Source: the human T2T-CHM13v2.0 reference genome, Homo sapiens
Direction: 5' to 3' (one strand)
Assembly: GCF_009914755.1 (NCBI RefSeq)
Contig: NC_060941.1
Length of the DNA: 64,000 nucleotides
Below, piece after piece: positions 33,200 to 50,728 of the stretch (the stretch's first letter is position 1; every line of letters starts with the position of its first letter). The notes beneath the pieces are model-generated. The model ran no database searches. It saw only the letters and a program-made list of their open reading frames with translations, and was not told the origin of the DNA. The translations under genes were made by a program, and so were the position numbers.

Positions 33200-34780
33200 G
33201 TGGGAAATTAAGGTGAAGGCTGGCAGAAAAGCAGCCTGGCTCCTCTTCACACTGCACAGTTTTTGATGGTGACATCACATTTCCATACCTGCACAATTTA
33301 TTGCAATGGGCTTCATCTGAAACTGATCAACCTCTCAAATCTTACATGTCGACATTACAATCTGACCATAACCTCTTAATTTTGCAGTTTTCTCACTCCT
33401 TCACCCCATGATCCCTGTTCCTCAACATTCTGAAAACTTCCAGGCCTTGATCCATCAGCCCCTCCCACCCAGACTCCCATTCCTACCGAACGAGGACTCC
33501 AAAGACGGCCACTGAATCCCCCTCTCACTGTGGAAGCCATGCAGATCCAAAGCCCCCCACACTCACAGACCTGAGACAATCCCATGGTCTGGCAAAATCA
33601 CATAGCCAGGCAAAATTGCGGTCACCCTACACGTGGTTATTCAATCTCAGCTGGACTCTCAACGCCACTCTCCAGTCGCTTTCTTATCCCTGGCTTAGTC
33701 TGAAATTGGAAAAGGGTTGTTCCTAAGCCTTTCCATTCTCCTCAAGCCACCGTTCCAACCCTGTGGCCTCTTACTCTCCTACCTCATAGAGAAGAAAATA
33801 AGGGAGATCTATCAGGCTTGGTTGAAACTACTCTGGCAAAGGTCATGAATGAATCATTCTTTTCTCAGCTTTTCTCGTGGCTAGCTGCCTCCCACCAGTC
33901 AGACTCCAGCTCAAATGCTACCTTCACAAACAGCCCTTAACTGACCCGCTGGAGAAAGCCATTCTCCTACTTACTCTCTCCATAGCCTTGTTTCATTTCC
34001 TCATTGGACATTTCAGAAAGGCAGAGAGACCTGGCCTGTCTTCTTCACTGTACTATCCCCAGCACCTAGAGCACAGGGGGTGCTTAATAAATATTCCTTA
34101 AACTAATTCTGTAGGAAAACTAGCTCTGATTTACTGAAGTTTTGAATTATTCATGACCTTCAGTAGCACACTCCTTGTGTAAAATTCAACACCCCTTTTC
34201 CGATTTCAAACCACGACCATCAACTTTTCTTCCTACTTCCCTTCATCGTCAGTTTAAGTCCCACACGTGCCACCTTCTTCAAATCATTGCCACCTCTGTC
34301 TACCATTCCCTCAAACCTATTTTGTCATTTTAGATTTTTCTTTTAGTATCTGGCTTACATTTTTCCTCTCTACATTATCCCTCTCTACATTATCCCTTAT
34401 GATTTTCAATAACTTCTTCTACATGGTCAGTGACAAAGTCGGTGACTCCAACATTCATGTCAGCTGCTAACCACAGGACGACCCCAGCCAGCCTCAATCT
34501 TACCCTAATTGTTTCCTCTTAAAAACCTCAGCATTCATCTTTCCTACTTCCCTACTACATCCAGTGAAGCTGTTCATGCTGTCCACAGAAATTTCTCAGC
34601 TTACAGCCCCTCCACTTTACTCTTGGGTATGCACTTGATTTTTGACCGTTTTGCTGTCTGCGTCCAATTAATGCAACTCTCTTTACCTTATTAAACCTTC
34701 TGGTCTTCCTGTTACATGCTCTCTCCCACCTTATTATGCTCCAGAAGACCACTACAAAAGTCTTCAAATGCCATTTTATT
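33200..34780 (+). mobile_element. Degraded L2 fragments
   Basis: cagctcaaatgctaccttc, ccccagcacctagagcacag..cttaataaata. Confidence 0.5.
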
Positions 34781-34983
34781 ATATGTAATTGCAGCCTGTA
34801 TTATTTAAACTTAATGTGTTAAGATTCAAAGAAAAGCAAGACATGGGTAAGCAAGCAACAAATCTTTCTATCTTAAAGAGAAATAGAAATGTTAAACAGA
34901 GAGTTTGGGTATTCCACATTCTCATTTGATTATGACAAGATGTATAATTTACATTAATTCCTAGCTACCACTTCACATGATTA

Positions 34984-35466
<483 letters not shown>

Positions 35467-36129
35467 TTAAGCATTAACTCTGTGTTAAGGAGCTGGGGTA
35501 TACCTCTTCACAGCCATACTAACCGAGTTTCCAAGGTAAATTTCAGCGGTGACCACAAATTATGGCTCTGGTTGTCTGATGGGTTTGCCCTCAGTTACTG
35601 AGGGCAAAAAAAAGAAAAGAAAAGAAAAGAAAAGGCAAAGTTACAAGTTGACCCTTTTTTTTCTTTATCTCCTCTTTCACCCTCACCACAAATTAAACAG
35701 GGAGTTAAGAAGGGAAAAAAAAAAAGAAAACAAAGATGGGTAATAAAAGGTTCATGAAGTGGTACCAGAATTAATATGACCACAAGGAAACAGCTACAAA
35801 AACACATGATTGTCAGAAGAGTAAAGAATCTAAAGAATCTAAAACATGCCTCTCATTCTACCCTCAGATAACAGACTTAAAGTTCTTCTTATGAATAACC
35901 CAAATCAGTCTCCCTCTAGCTTTTCTATGGCCCCATGAGGTCTTAATGTGATCAACTGGGACCACAAAAGACAAGCATAACTTGGCTTCACACGGCAGCC
36001 TTTTGAATATGTCATGGTAGCAGTTCAGGCCTCTATTCCCATCCTGCAGCTCCTCCACCCCTCATTCACCAAGACTCCTTCCCCTGCCGGATCTCTCGCC
36101 TAAACAGACTCCAACATGCTGCTTGTCTT

Positions 36130-36560
36130 CCCTCTAAAGTGTGTGGCCCAGAAGCAAACATCATAGCCCAGATATGGTCTGACCAGTGCAGAAGAAAAAG
36201 GAACCATCAACTATCTTAGCCACATTGAGGAAAGTACTGGTTCTGTGACATTTACAATTAATGTATCTCAAGACCTAGTTGTTTTATTTAGCACCCATTT
36301 ACCATTGGCTCACAAAGGGCTAGCAGAGGAAGCTCCATCACTTTGTGGCTAAGCTATGTCCCCTCCTCTACTTGTGCACTGGCTTTCTGGACCAAATGGC
36401 AGGATTTTACATCCATCATCTTTCTAATGTGACTCATCATGATTGCCTGACAGGATCTTTTTGGGATTTGATACCAACTTAAACATTTTTGCTGCTACTC
36501 CAAATTCCAGGTTATTATAAATTTCATAGGCATGGCTTCCATCACTTCATTCAAACCAAC
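36130..36560 (-). mobile_element. CR1/L3 fragment
   Basis: gtggcccagaagcaaac...agatatggtctgaccagtgcaga, typical of reverse CR1. Confidence 0.5.
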
Positions 36561-36880
36561 AGAAGAAGCCAACTGAGTACCTACTCTTGCTCTATCAAAT
36601 CCCCACTTCTCCCCTCTGTTCACTCCACTCCCCTAGCCAAAAATGCTAGAGGTTCTTTGTAGGCAAGAGGAAATCATAAAGTAGTCTAAGGTTGTTAAGA
36701 GGTTCTTGAGTCCATCAGCTAATCTCAACTTCAACAAAATCCCTGAAATGGTATAAAAATATTATGCACTTAGCGTGTGTATATATGTGCTATAACGTTC
36801 TCTAGATTCTAAAGGGCTCTATCTGTATCCTAAAAGATTAATCACTGATAGTGGTTACACATTCAACCAACTTCTGGGCA

Positions 36881-37383
<503 letters not shown>

Positions 37384-37461
37384 TTACTAGAACCAAATAG
37401 CTAAGATTCTTCAGAAATTACTTGTTGCAATGTAATGCGTTACAAACACTCATCTTCTATA

Positions 37462-37962
<501 letters not shown>

Positions 37963-38383
37963 TCCAAAGTTCTGTGGTTGCCATGGTGCGCCACTGCTAC
38001 CAGCAGGTATGTTAGAGTAGAAAAAGAGGTTGAAAACCAAATTCTAGACTAATTCATAACAATTTAAATAACATGTTGATGTCTTAAAGGTTATAGACTT
38101 GGATAAAACAAAAACCGCAAAATAAGATGAAACAAAAAATCACACAACATGTGATTAATGTTATTAAAACTTCTATACAAATAAAATTGCTAACACATTT
38201 TATACCTAAACTTGCATTAGTCTTCTAAGACATCCTCTTTGGAGAGGGCAATACAGAAAACATTCATAGATACATGTACATTCTGCATAACAGTTTTAAA
38301 AGCCTCTAGGGACTGGTCTAATAACACTATTAACAAGTTGTCTCTTTCCAACTTAAACGTTGCACACTGGTAAAAAGAAAGGA

Positions 38384-38735
38384 GGCCAGGTGGGGTGGCT
38401 CACGCCTGTAATCCCAGCGCTTTGGGAGGGCGAGGCAGGTAGATTGCTCGAGTCCAGGTGTTCAAGACCAGCCTGGGCAACATAGCGAAACCCCGTCTCT
38501 ACAAAAAATACAAAAAATTAGCTGGGCTTGGTGTCACAGGCCTGCAGTCCCAGTTCTTCAGGAGGATGAGGCAGGAAGATCACTTGAGCCCAGGAGGCAG
38601 AGGTTGTAGTGAGCTGAAATCACACCACTGCACTCCAGCCTCGGCAACAGAATGAGACTCTGTCTCAAAATAATAATAAATAATAATAATAATAATAATA
38701 ATAATAAGTAAAATAAAAAATTTAAAAAAAAAGAA
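38384..38735 (+). mobile_element. AluJ-like with (AAT)n tail
   Basis: Full Alu, (AAT)n at ~38669-38707. Confidence 0.9.
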
Positions 38736-39864
38736 GAAAGGAGGCATGGCTTCAAGGTGGGAAACATCACAGGTAAATTTGAGAACAAATAATAGGATAC
38801 ACACTCCACCTTTCAGAAGGGTAGAATCTATTAAAAGAAAATATTCAACTATAACAAAATATGACAAGTTTCTCTTACTATTCTTATCAGGTGTAAACTG
38901 CATATCCTACAGAGCACTTAGGAAACTGTCTTGCTGTCAGTAGACACGCACACACTTCTTAAATTTTACACTGGACATGTAATTAGATGCTTAAATTTAG
39001 CAGGTGACTATAAATTAGAATAATTTAACAAATAACTTCTAGAACAGGTCTAGAAGCAGTAGATTATATATCTTAAAATTATTTTATCAAATTGGGACAT
39101 CTTACATTTTATCAGTACTTTTTCTAGATGGGGAAATGCTTGTAATTTAGTATTTTAAAAAACCCAGTAGAACACAAAAGTGTAATTACACAGCATGTTC
39201 CCAATTTTGTGGGGAAAACTACATACACGTGTGTATTTTTTTTTTAAACGGAACAAATATTCATTGGGTCTTTACTGGGTAGTAGGATTACCAATGACTT
39301 TCACCTTTTCAGTCTCTTCTACAACTAAACACTATGAGGAGAGTCATCTGTTCCACGCTGTATCTTGAGCATTTTGTCTAGTCCCTGGTATATAACAGGG
39401 GATCTGTACCTATTGATCAATATTTACGTGAATGGTCCCAACCCTCATAGTGAAATTCAACTTCTCCACAACCAAAAAGCTATTATTCCTTCAACTCCTG
39501 ACCCAAATGCCATCCTTTCAGAAGTTCTTTTCAGGTCAATGTGGCAATTTAATCCTTTTCCTTCTCCTAACATTTTGTACTGTTCTCCTGACTTTCTTCT
39601 TACCCTACCCTGCGTTGTACCAGAGGGCTTTGCAGCTGTTAAGTGTTCATATTATTGTTTACCTGATAGAGTTCATGAGACCATTGGAGATATTTTGTTC
39701 AGTTTAATTCTTCACTTGTAATTGTCAAATACATTTATTTCACTCCATAATACATTGGTACCCAATCTGGATAATACTGGTGTTTAACAGTGTACCACTC
39801 ACCAGTGATTTGCTTTGCAGGAAGGACAACACTATGATTTTTAAAACAGCAGATACCATTGTCA

Positions 39865-40075
39865 TATATCACTAATTATGGCCAGGCACTATTCTAAGCA
39901 GTTTACATACATCAACTCTTAATCCTCACAACAGCCCTATGAGGTAGGCACTATTAATATCTCCATTTTACAGATGAGGAATCTGAGGTACAGAGAAAGC
40001 CAATAACCAGCCCAAGGGCACACAGCTAACAAGTAGCAGAGCTGGGATTAAACTCAGAGTTCAGCTCCAGAGTAC
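39865..40075 (-). mobile_element. MIR SINE
   Basis: MIR core: aatcctcacaacagccctatgaggtagg...ccattttacagatgaggaatctgagg. Confidence 0.85.
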
Positions 40076-42750
40076 ACACTACAATGATGGAAGGTGACAT
40101 GGAGGAAATTTTGAAGGGTGTGTAGTGTACAATGCTATATACTACCTTTCTACTAAATAAAAACCCAATCAATTACGGCTTAAAAAGTATAGGCTTAACC
40201 AATGAATCATCTGGCAAAGGTTTTATATATTTTATAGAAAAAGATACCCATAACTTAGGGGAAATAAAGACAAACAGGAATCTTTTTGTTAGCGAACATA
40301 AAGATGGTCTGAGGGTTATTAGTGTCATTTTAAATTGCTGCCTAATTACAATTAAATCATTTATCTGTGTATGAATTAGCCCCCTACAGAGCCAAAGTTG
40401 CCATCCCTTTCAGTGGTTTGACACACACACCCCTGGGGCTCCACCCCCAGGTCATTTTTCACTTCCAATGAAATGTCACCCAGCAAACTTTTCAAATCCC
40501 TCCCAGCACCTACTATGAGTGTGGACAGAGGCAAACAATTCAATTTTATGAACGGCCTGCACATAGAAAGGCAAACAAGAAGGATGGATAAATTATCCAT
40601 GACAGAGCATCCATCTATAACAGATGAGCTAAAACAGAACTGTCCCAATTTGGGTACTGCTACCATTGAGGTCACTTACATGACAGGGCTGGACGAGTCT
40701 GCTAATTTATCAAAATCCTGCTCAACCCAATGATCACAAACACAAACCAAACACAAAAGGCCACTATTGCTACTTATGGCCTGCCCCATCTCCCAATTAA
40801 TATCTCTATACTGTGTTTAATATTTCCAAAACTAGGATCCAACACCAGGAACTTTAATTCCTCACATGTGATAAAGTGCATAAACCGCTGAAGCATATAG
40901 TCTTCCACCCTACAACGTGCCCTTCAAGATTTCCTCCATCTCACCTTCCATCTCAGCTGCCTTCGTTATAATGATTTCCCTATGGAGCCCAAATGAAAAG
41001 CCAGGCTCGCAGGGGTCACATCCTTCTGCTGCCAAAGCTCGTGCTATATCGCACAATTACACCATATGCTTTCTCCAGATAAGGACGGGGAAGAACTGAA
41101 TTTAAGATGCAGAAGTAAGGAGATGCATAAAATGGCCACTTTTCCAGAACCCGAGACAGGCAGGGCATACTTAAACATCAAAAGCAAGGGACTCAAAGAA
41201 TAATTAATAAAGGCAGATTGATGAAGGAGATAAAACAATAAATAGATTATAAAGTTTTCCAGAGTGAGATACTATCAAGAATAATTAAACCTGACTCAAA
41301 GAATCCTCAGTTTCAACGTTAAAAAACAAAATCTCAGCAAAGCCAAAGTATTATGTTTGGTATTACATTATTCAGCGAAAACAGCAGTCTTTGTTTCATC
41401 TGCAGTCTGCATCTACCCCGCCTGCTTTCCCCTACCCCACCCCAGCCCACCCCACCCCCTTCCATCCACCGCAGTGATCTTGAAGGGAGCTGCAGAGGCC
41501 CTAAAGAAACAGAGATAACGGCTGTAGGCAGAGGCCACGTTATCCAAACCTCACCAGCCCGGTCTGACCCGCCGAGTCGCCAACCTCCTTCCTAAGGCCC
41601 TAGTTCCAAACAGGCCTGGCTGGGGGCCTCCCGCTTCCCAGGGCCGCATCCGCCCACCACAGGCCCACAAAGCCCCCACAAATGCCAGGACTCCGCGGCT
41701 TCAACTTCCCTCCGAACCAATTCCAGTCCGATTTTATGGGATCAGGGTGTGACCCCCAACTGCAGAAGGCAATGAAGAGACTGCGGCGAGCCATTCCCAG
41801 CTCGCTTACACAATAAAGGGATCCCGAGGCGAGTGCTGACCCTCCCCCCGGCCGTCCTGCTGCAGCGCGCCCCGCCACATTTCCCGCCTCGCCCCCTCAA
41901 ACCGCCTGGGCCTCGCAGGGCGTCCACCCCCGGCCTAGGCGCTCCACGGAGGGCGCGGCAGGACGCCCTCCTCCCGCGCTCCTTCCCCGGCGCCGGCGGA
42001 GTCCGACCCTCCCCACGCCCGCGGCCGGCTCCGGAGCCCCTCACCCGCCGCGCGCTTCCCCGGCCGCGCAGAGCCAATGCCCTCCTGTCCCTCCACCCAC
42101 GGGTCGGGCGCGCGCCGCCCGCCTTCCAAGCCCATGGTGAACCCCTCTGGTGCTGCGGGGGACCGGTCGCGCCAGGCCTAACCCACCCAGCAACCCACGC
42201 AGGGGCCCTTCCTGCCCAGCGCCCCCCCACCCTACCGCCGGGACTGCGCTTTCCAGCCCCGCTTAGAATCCCCTCTCTTCCTGGGAGGCAGACACTGGCT
42301 CGCGGGGCACGCCGAGACCTCCGCCGGGACACTAGCCCCTCGACCTCGCGCCCCCAGGGATCCCACCCACCGAGAACCTGGTCCTCACGTCCCCACCCCC
42401 AGATCTCCATCCCCCAGCCCCCCAGGGGTCGCCCTCCTGCACACCCAGGCCCTGACCCCCGCGGGTTTCACAAGGACTTCATTCCCCGCTCCTCCGGGAG
42501 TCTCTCCATCTCCACCCACTGAGGTCCCAGTGCCCCCAGCCCAGGACCCTGCTCAAACTAACCTAAGGTCCCCGCAGCACAAACCCTACAGCTCAGAAGC
42601 CCCTCTGTCTTCCCCAGCTCCCGCTTCGGTCCCCCGTTCCTGTCCTCCAGAGCCGCCCGGGACCCCTCAGCCCAGGAGCCATTCCTCCCTCCACAAACTG
42701 TCCCCCAGCCCTGGGCCGTGCACTCGGACCCGGGTAGCCGCACCTCTCAC

Positions 42751-42825
42751 CTTCAGCCGAAGATGGTGGCGCGGGCGCACGTCCCCAGCCGCGACCACAG
42801 ATCCAGCGCCTCAGTCCCAAACCCA
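42751..42825 (-). other. MYH10: MYH10 non-coding exon 1 (5' boundary/TSS approximate)
   Basis: ...GCCACCATCTTCGGCTGAAG|gtgaga donor at 42751/42750 inside the CpG island. Joined to exon 2 it gives CGGCTGAAGAGGCAATTGC, matching my recollection of the MYH10 5'UTR. Confidence 0.85.
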
Positions 42826-42839
42826 CCGCTGCCTCCGCC

Positions 42840-43250
42840 GGGCTCCTTTAGCACTGCTGCTCGGGGCTGCCCCACCCACCCCTACCCTCATTGGGCCAGC
42901 TCCACGCCCATCACCGCCGCCCCCAGACCCACTGGTTGGTTTGCGCGCCCATCTCCAAGGGAAGACGTTAGCAACCCGAACGAAGCTACCTTCCCGAGTC
43001 CGGCTCCCTCCACCCACCTGGAATGACGCTCATTGGCTCCCGCTCCCAGCCCAGGCCACAGAGGCCCCAATCTCATGGGCTGGCTCTTACGCCCGTCATA
43101 GGCTCCGGGAGGTGCGGCCGGGGCAGTGGCGCGGGATTGGCTGGCTCGTGCGTAGATGGACAGCTGAGGCTGGCTGAACGCCCGGCGATCCCGCGAGGCT
43201 GCGGGTGCGGGCCCCGCGGCGGCCGGCGCGCTGCGCTGACATTGGCTGTG
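42840..43250 (-). promoter_or_regulatory. Proximal promoter: five CCAAT boxes, KLF/Sp CACCC tract, no canonical TATA
   Basis: ATTGG at 42890, 43032, 43136 and 43241, CCAAT at 43067, cccacccacccc at 42871-42882. Only a weak CTAAAG about 30 nt above the presumed TSS. Confidence 0.65.
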
Positions 43251-43444
43251 CGGGCCGCGGGGCAGGTGGGCCGCGGCAGGAGGCTGGCGCTCTGACTGCA
43301 GACTCCTCGTCCTAGCGTCAGGCAGCCGCCGCAGCCGCAGCACATTCGAGCGCCCGGTCGCCCCCTGTGCTTGCGGCAGCCGGCATGTACCGCAGCGGGA
43401 CGGGGTTCCACCGCGGAGTCGCGGGCCCTCAGCGTTGCCTGCAG

Positions 43445-43480
43445 GGGCGGGGCGGAGCGCGGTCCAGAGTCCTGACGTCA
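43445..43480. promoter_or_regulatory. GC box plus full palindromic CRE
   Basis: gggcggggcgg at 43445-43455 and TGACGTCA at 43473-43480. Confidence 0.65.
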
Positions 43481-44727
43481 CCCCCGGGGCTGCGCGGGGT
43501 TGGGGCCGCGGCGCTGCGACTCACCTGCAGTGGGGGAAGGAACGCGGGGGAGGGCGCTGCTCCGCCCATGCGCACAGGGTTTGGCCCGGGACCCGGCTGC
43601 GCTCCACGCTGCGGCCACTGTCCCGACCCCGGCCCCAGGCGGACTCTGCCGGGATCGGCCGAGCGCCAGGCGCAGGACACGGTCCTCCAAGGTCGCAGTT
43701 TTGGTGTTAGCGGGGTGAGAGGCTCTCCTGCCCAGCCTCCAGGCAAGGCTGAGATTCCAGAAGAATGAGAAGAGAACCGACCTTGGAGAGAAAACTTGGA
43801 AGAAACTTTATTCACCTCATTCATTCACTCGTTCAGTCGCTCCTTCATTCATTCATCAGAGCTCCCTACGTGAAGGGCTATGAGAGGTTCTTAAGAATAT
43901 AAGGCTGGATTCCTGTAGCGCTGTCATATCCCCTAGGGCTTATGAAAACGTTGGAGACTGAAAAACAGTGGCCCCAAAATAACGAAAGGAAACTGGAAAA
44001 ATCAAAGTAAATAAAATTTAATGAAATGTCTGCAGAATCTAGGCAACTGCAACAAAACTCTTGCATAATTATATATAAATATAATAAAGTCTAAATCACA
44101 TGAACAAAATGAATTATTCATACAAAACCTGAAAGTCAAGATCATAAAAATTCACAGCAAGATGCAGTTATTAATCAGTTATTAATGTAGGCTATGGGAG
44201 CATTTTAATACATGTGATAATGATGTGTTTGCCTAAGCCTAGGAAACGTCTAGTCTGGCAAAAAGTGAATTAAGCAAAAAACAAGGCAGGAAGTCCTAAG
44301 GAAGGGTTGGTGGAATTCAGAAGAGGCTGGAAGGCAGCTGAGTGCAGAGTCCTTCCTGGGGAAGTCCGAACCAGGCTCTGTTTTGTCCTTTGTCCTGCTG
44401 CATCTGGTCCCCCACCCCCACCTGCCTGCTGGGGTACTACCCCGTGTCCAGGTGTCTTGTGACTTGGCTCTGTGAAGAGGTCTGTCCTTCTAATGCAGTC
44501 TGCACATGGAGTACAAATTAACTTTCCAAAATATATGAATGATATTCCTCTAATGAATTTTAAAATGTGTTTAGAGAAGACCAAAGACTCCCTCTCTGAG
44601 GCCTGAGTCTCCACTTTGTCAGCCACCGAAGTCATTTCTCAGTGCAATGTTCTATGCTTAGTGCATCCACTCGCGAATAACACTGTAAGCCACAGAGTCA
44701 GTAGTTTCTCATAATTCAAAAACTTTT

Positions 44728-45093
<366 letters not shown>

Positions 45094-45974
45094 AACTTTC
45101 ACATAATTTTAACACAAACTCAATGGACCATCAGAAGAGGAGGGCAGGAAGTTCACCAGAAGGAAATACCATAAAGACATTAGTCTTGATGAGAAATTAA
45201 TAATAAAGAGAATATCCCCAAATGTATCTTTCCCCCTGGTGGCTCTTTGGCACTTGGGCCCTACATGTCCAACTGCCTGGATGAGAGGGGGACTGCAAAA
45301 GCAGAAGGTACCAAACCTATTTTCTTCTATCACCCTTTCCCACTACTCAAACTCTCTCTTCCCAACTTCTTTGTGAATGGAACCACTCTTGCAATCTCTT
45401 TCTTTCCTTTCTTTTTCTCCCAACACCTAGCCCCACTATATATCTATCATCCATCCCAGGCAGCCTCCTCTGACTCCAGTTCCAACCATGTAGCTTCATC
45501 CCAGAATTTGCTGCCATCTTGATGAAGAAAGCACAGGATTTAGAAGCAGATAGACCTGGCTTTGAATCCAACTTTGCCTTTCACAAATTACTTAACCTCA
45601 TCTCTCAAAAGGGGATACAAATGTATACCTAAAAGACTCGTTCATGAAGATGGAGCATAATGATTTCCTGTAAACAAAATGTGGCATTATAAATAGATTG
45701 AAAATTGTCCCTTTTTCTAGTGTACATGTTTATTACAGAAGACTGAGGAATCTTTCTCCTCTCTCTCTCTCTAGTAATTTTTGCTGTCGGTCTAGGCTGC
45801 TTTTATCTCCAAAAGAAAAAGTTCACAGACTATTGTTTTGCAGGGTCTAGGTCAGAAGTCCATATTTGTTCCCTCAGGGCAGTTCCAGCCCCTGAACTTG
45901 TTTTGTTCCATCTGTACAGGATATACAGCATTTTTTAAAAAAAATTGAATGAATTCCAACATTTAAAAACCAAG

Positions 45975-48140
<2,166 letters not shown>

Positions 48141-48168
48141 GAACATCGAGATTTCTAGCTTCCCTTGA

Positions 48169-48660
<492 letters not shown>

Positions 48661-49164
48661 TAGGTATTTATTTGAGTTTTCAGTCTCTGCCATACGTGTT
48701 GGGGGGCTTCATGTGAGATCATCCCAGAGAGATAAAAAGGGTAGTGTTTTTGAGTTGAAGAATTGTTCCTTTGACGGTGGTAAGGCCGTGGGAGGTTTGG
48801 GATGTCTAGAAGTGTAGACAGGGGTACCCTTTGAACATGATTCCTGGAAGCAGTAGAACCTCAGGGCGTGGACTACCGTGATGGTCATCTCACAGCCCAC
48901 TCAGGGCAGTAACACCAGACCAGTGAGAAAGATCAGTGCTCAACTGTGATATCTTGAGCAGAAGGAGTGATGGTAAAAACAGAGGCTTCAATGAGTTGAG
49001 AAAAAAAAGAAACTTCCAGAATTTTCTTGAGGCACTTAAGCTCTGGAGATCTGAAAAAACCCAGGAGAAGAGGTTCCTGAAAATTGCTAATTTAACATTT
49101 CTCATCAACCATGTAGGATTTGGCTAAGTCAGATTTAATTTGGTTTAGAAAAATGAAGGCATGC

Positions 49165-49770
49165 ATTATGCTAAATGAGGTAACTCAGGAATGGAAAACC
49201 AAATACTGCATGTTCTCACTTATAAGTGGGAGCTAAGCTATGAGGATGCATAGACATATAGAGTGATATAGTGGACTTCCGGGATGGTGGGAGCAGGGTG
49301 GGAGGAGGGTGACGGAGAAAAGACTACATATTGAGTATAGTGTACACTGCTCAGGTGACGAGTGACTAAAATCTCAGAATTTACCACTAAAGAACTCGTT
49401 ATGTAAACAAAAACCACCTGTACCTCAAAACCCACTGAAAAAAAAAATAAGCCAGGCGCAGTGGGTCACACCTGTAATCCCAGCACTTTAGGAGGCCGAG
49501 GCAGGTGGCTCACCTGAGGTCAGGAGTTCTAGACCAGCCTGGCCAACATGGCGAAAGCCTATCTCTACTAAAAATACAAAAAAATTAGCCGAGTGTGGTG
49601 GCGCGTGCCTGTAATCCCAGATACTCGCGGGGCTGAGACAGAAGAATCGCTTGAACCCAGACAGGGAGGTTGCAGTGAGCCACGATCATGCCACTGCACT
49701 CCAGCCTGGGCGACAGAGCGAGACTCCATCTCAAAAATAAATAATTAATAATAATAATAATAAGGAAAAG
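49165..49770 (+). mobile_element. 5'-truncated L1PB-like 3' end (49165-49450) with an AluS (49451-49762) in its A-tail
   Basis: gtaactcaggaatggaaaaccaaatactgcatgttctcacttataagtgggagctaagctatgagg. TSD aaaatgaaggcatg on both sides of the composite. Confidence 0.85.
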
Positions 49771-50275
49771 GAAAATGAAGGCATGATAATCCTATCCCCC
49801 TAGCATCTTAGTCAAGCCATACCTGTGACAAATAGTTATTGAGTATCTTTTGTGTCTATGGGCTGGGCCAGGGTACTGAGGAAATACCTGTAATAACGTA
49901 GACATGGTCCTTCCCTCGAAGAGCATAAAGTCTAGCAGGAAAAGTAAACAGATAGGCAGATAGTTGCAATTGAGCAAAAGTTCTAAATCCAGAGTGCCCA
50001 GAAACCCAGAGGGTTTTCGGAGTTCTATAAAACCTCTGAAATTGTGTGCAAAATTTATCATGTTCTCTTTTTTCTGGAGAGAAGATTTAGCTTTTAGCAG
50101 GTTCTCATAGATGCCTCTCATCCAAAAAGGTTGGGAGAATACAATATAGTATCGCCAGTGCTACATTATGGAAAACACTGCAAGATCCAAGGCCGAGTTA
50201 AGAGGGCCACTTAACTCAGAATGGTGGGGGTTCCAGAAATTCTTCTTAGAGAAAGTAATATTAAAAATATTATCT

Positions 50276-50728
<453 letters not shown>

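Larger units (their letters stand above)
41560..43720. promoter_or_regulatory. MYH10: CpG island / MYH10 promoter and start of intron 1
   Basis: Abrupt shift to very high GC and CpG density around exon 1. Confidence 0.93.

Noticed and set aside
41600-43824. Many overlapping 100-230 aa Pro/Arg/Gly-rich ORFs
   Set aside because: Expected from stop-codon scarcity in a CpG island. They occur in many frames on both strands with no recognisable domain.
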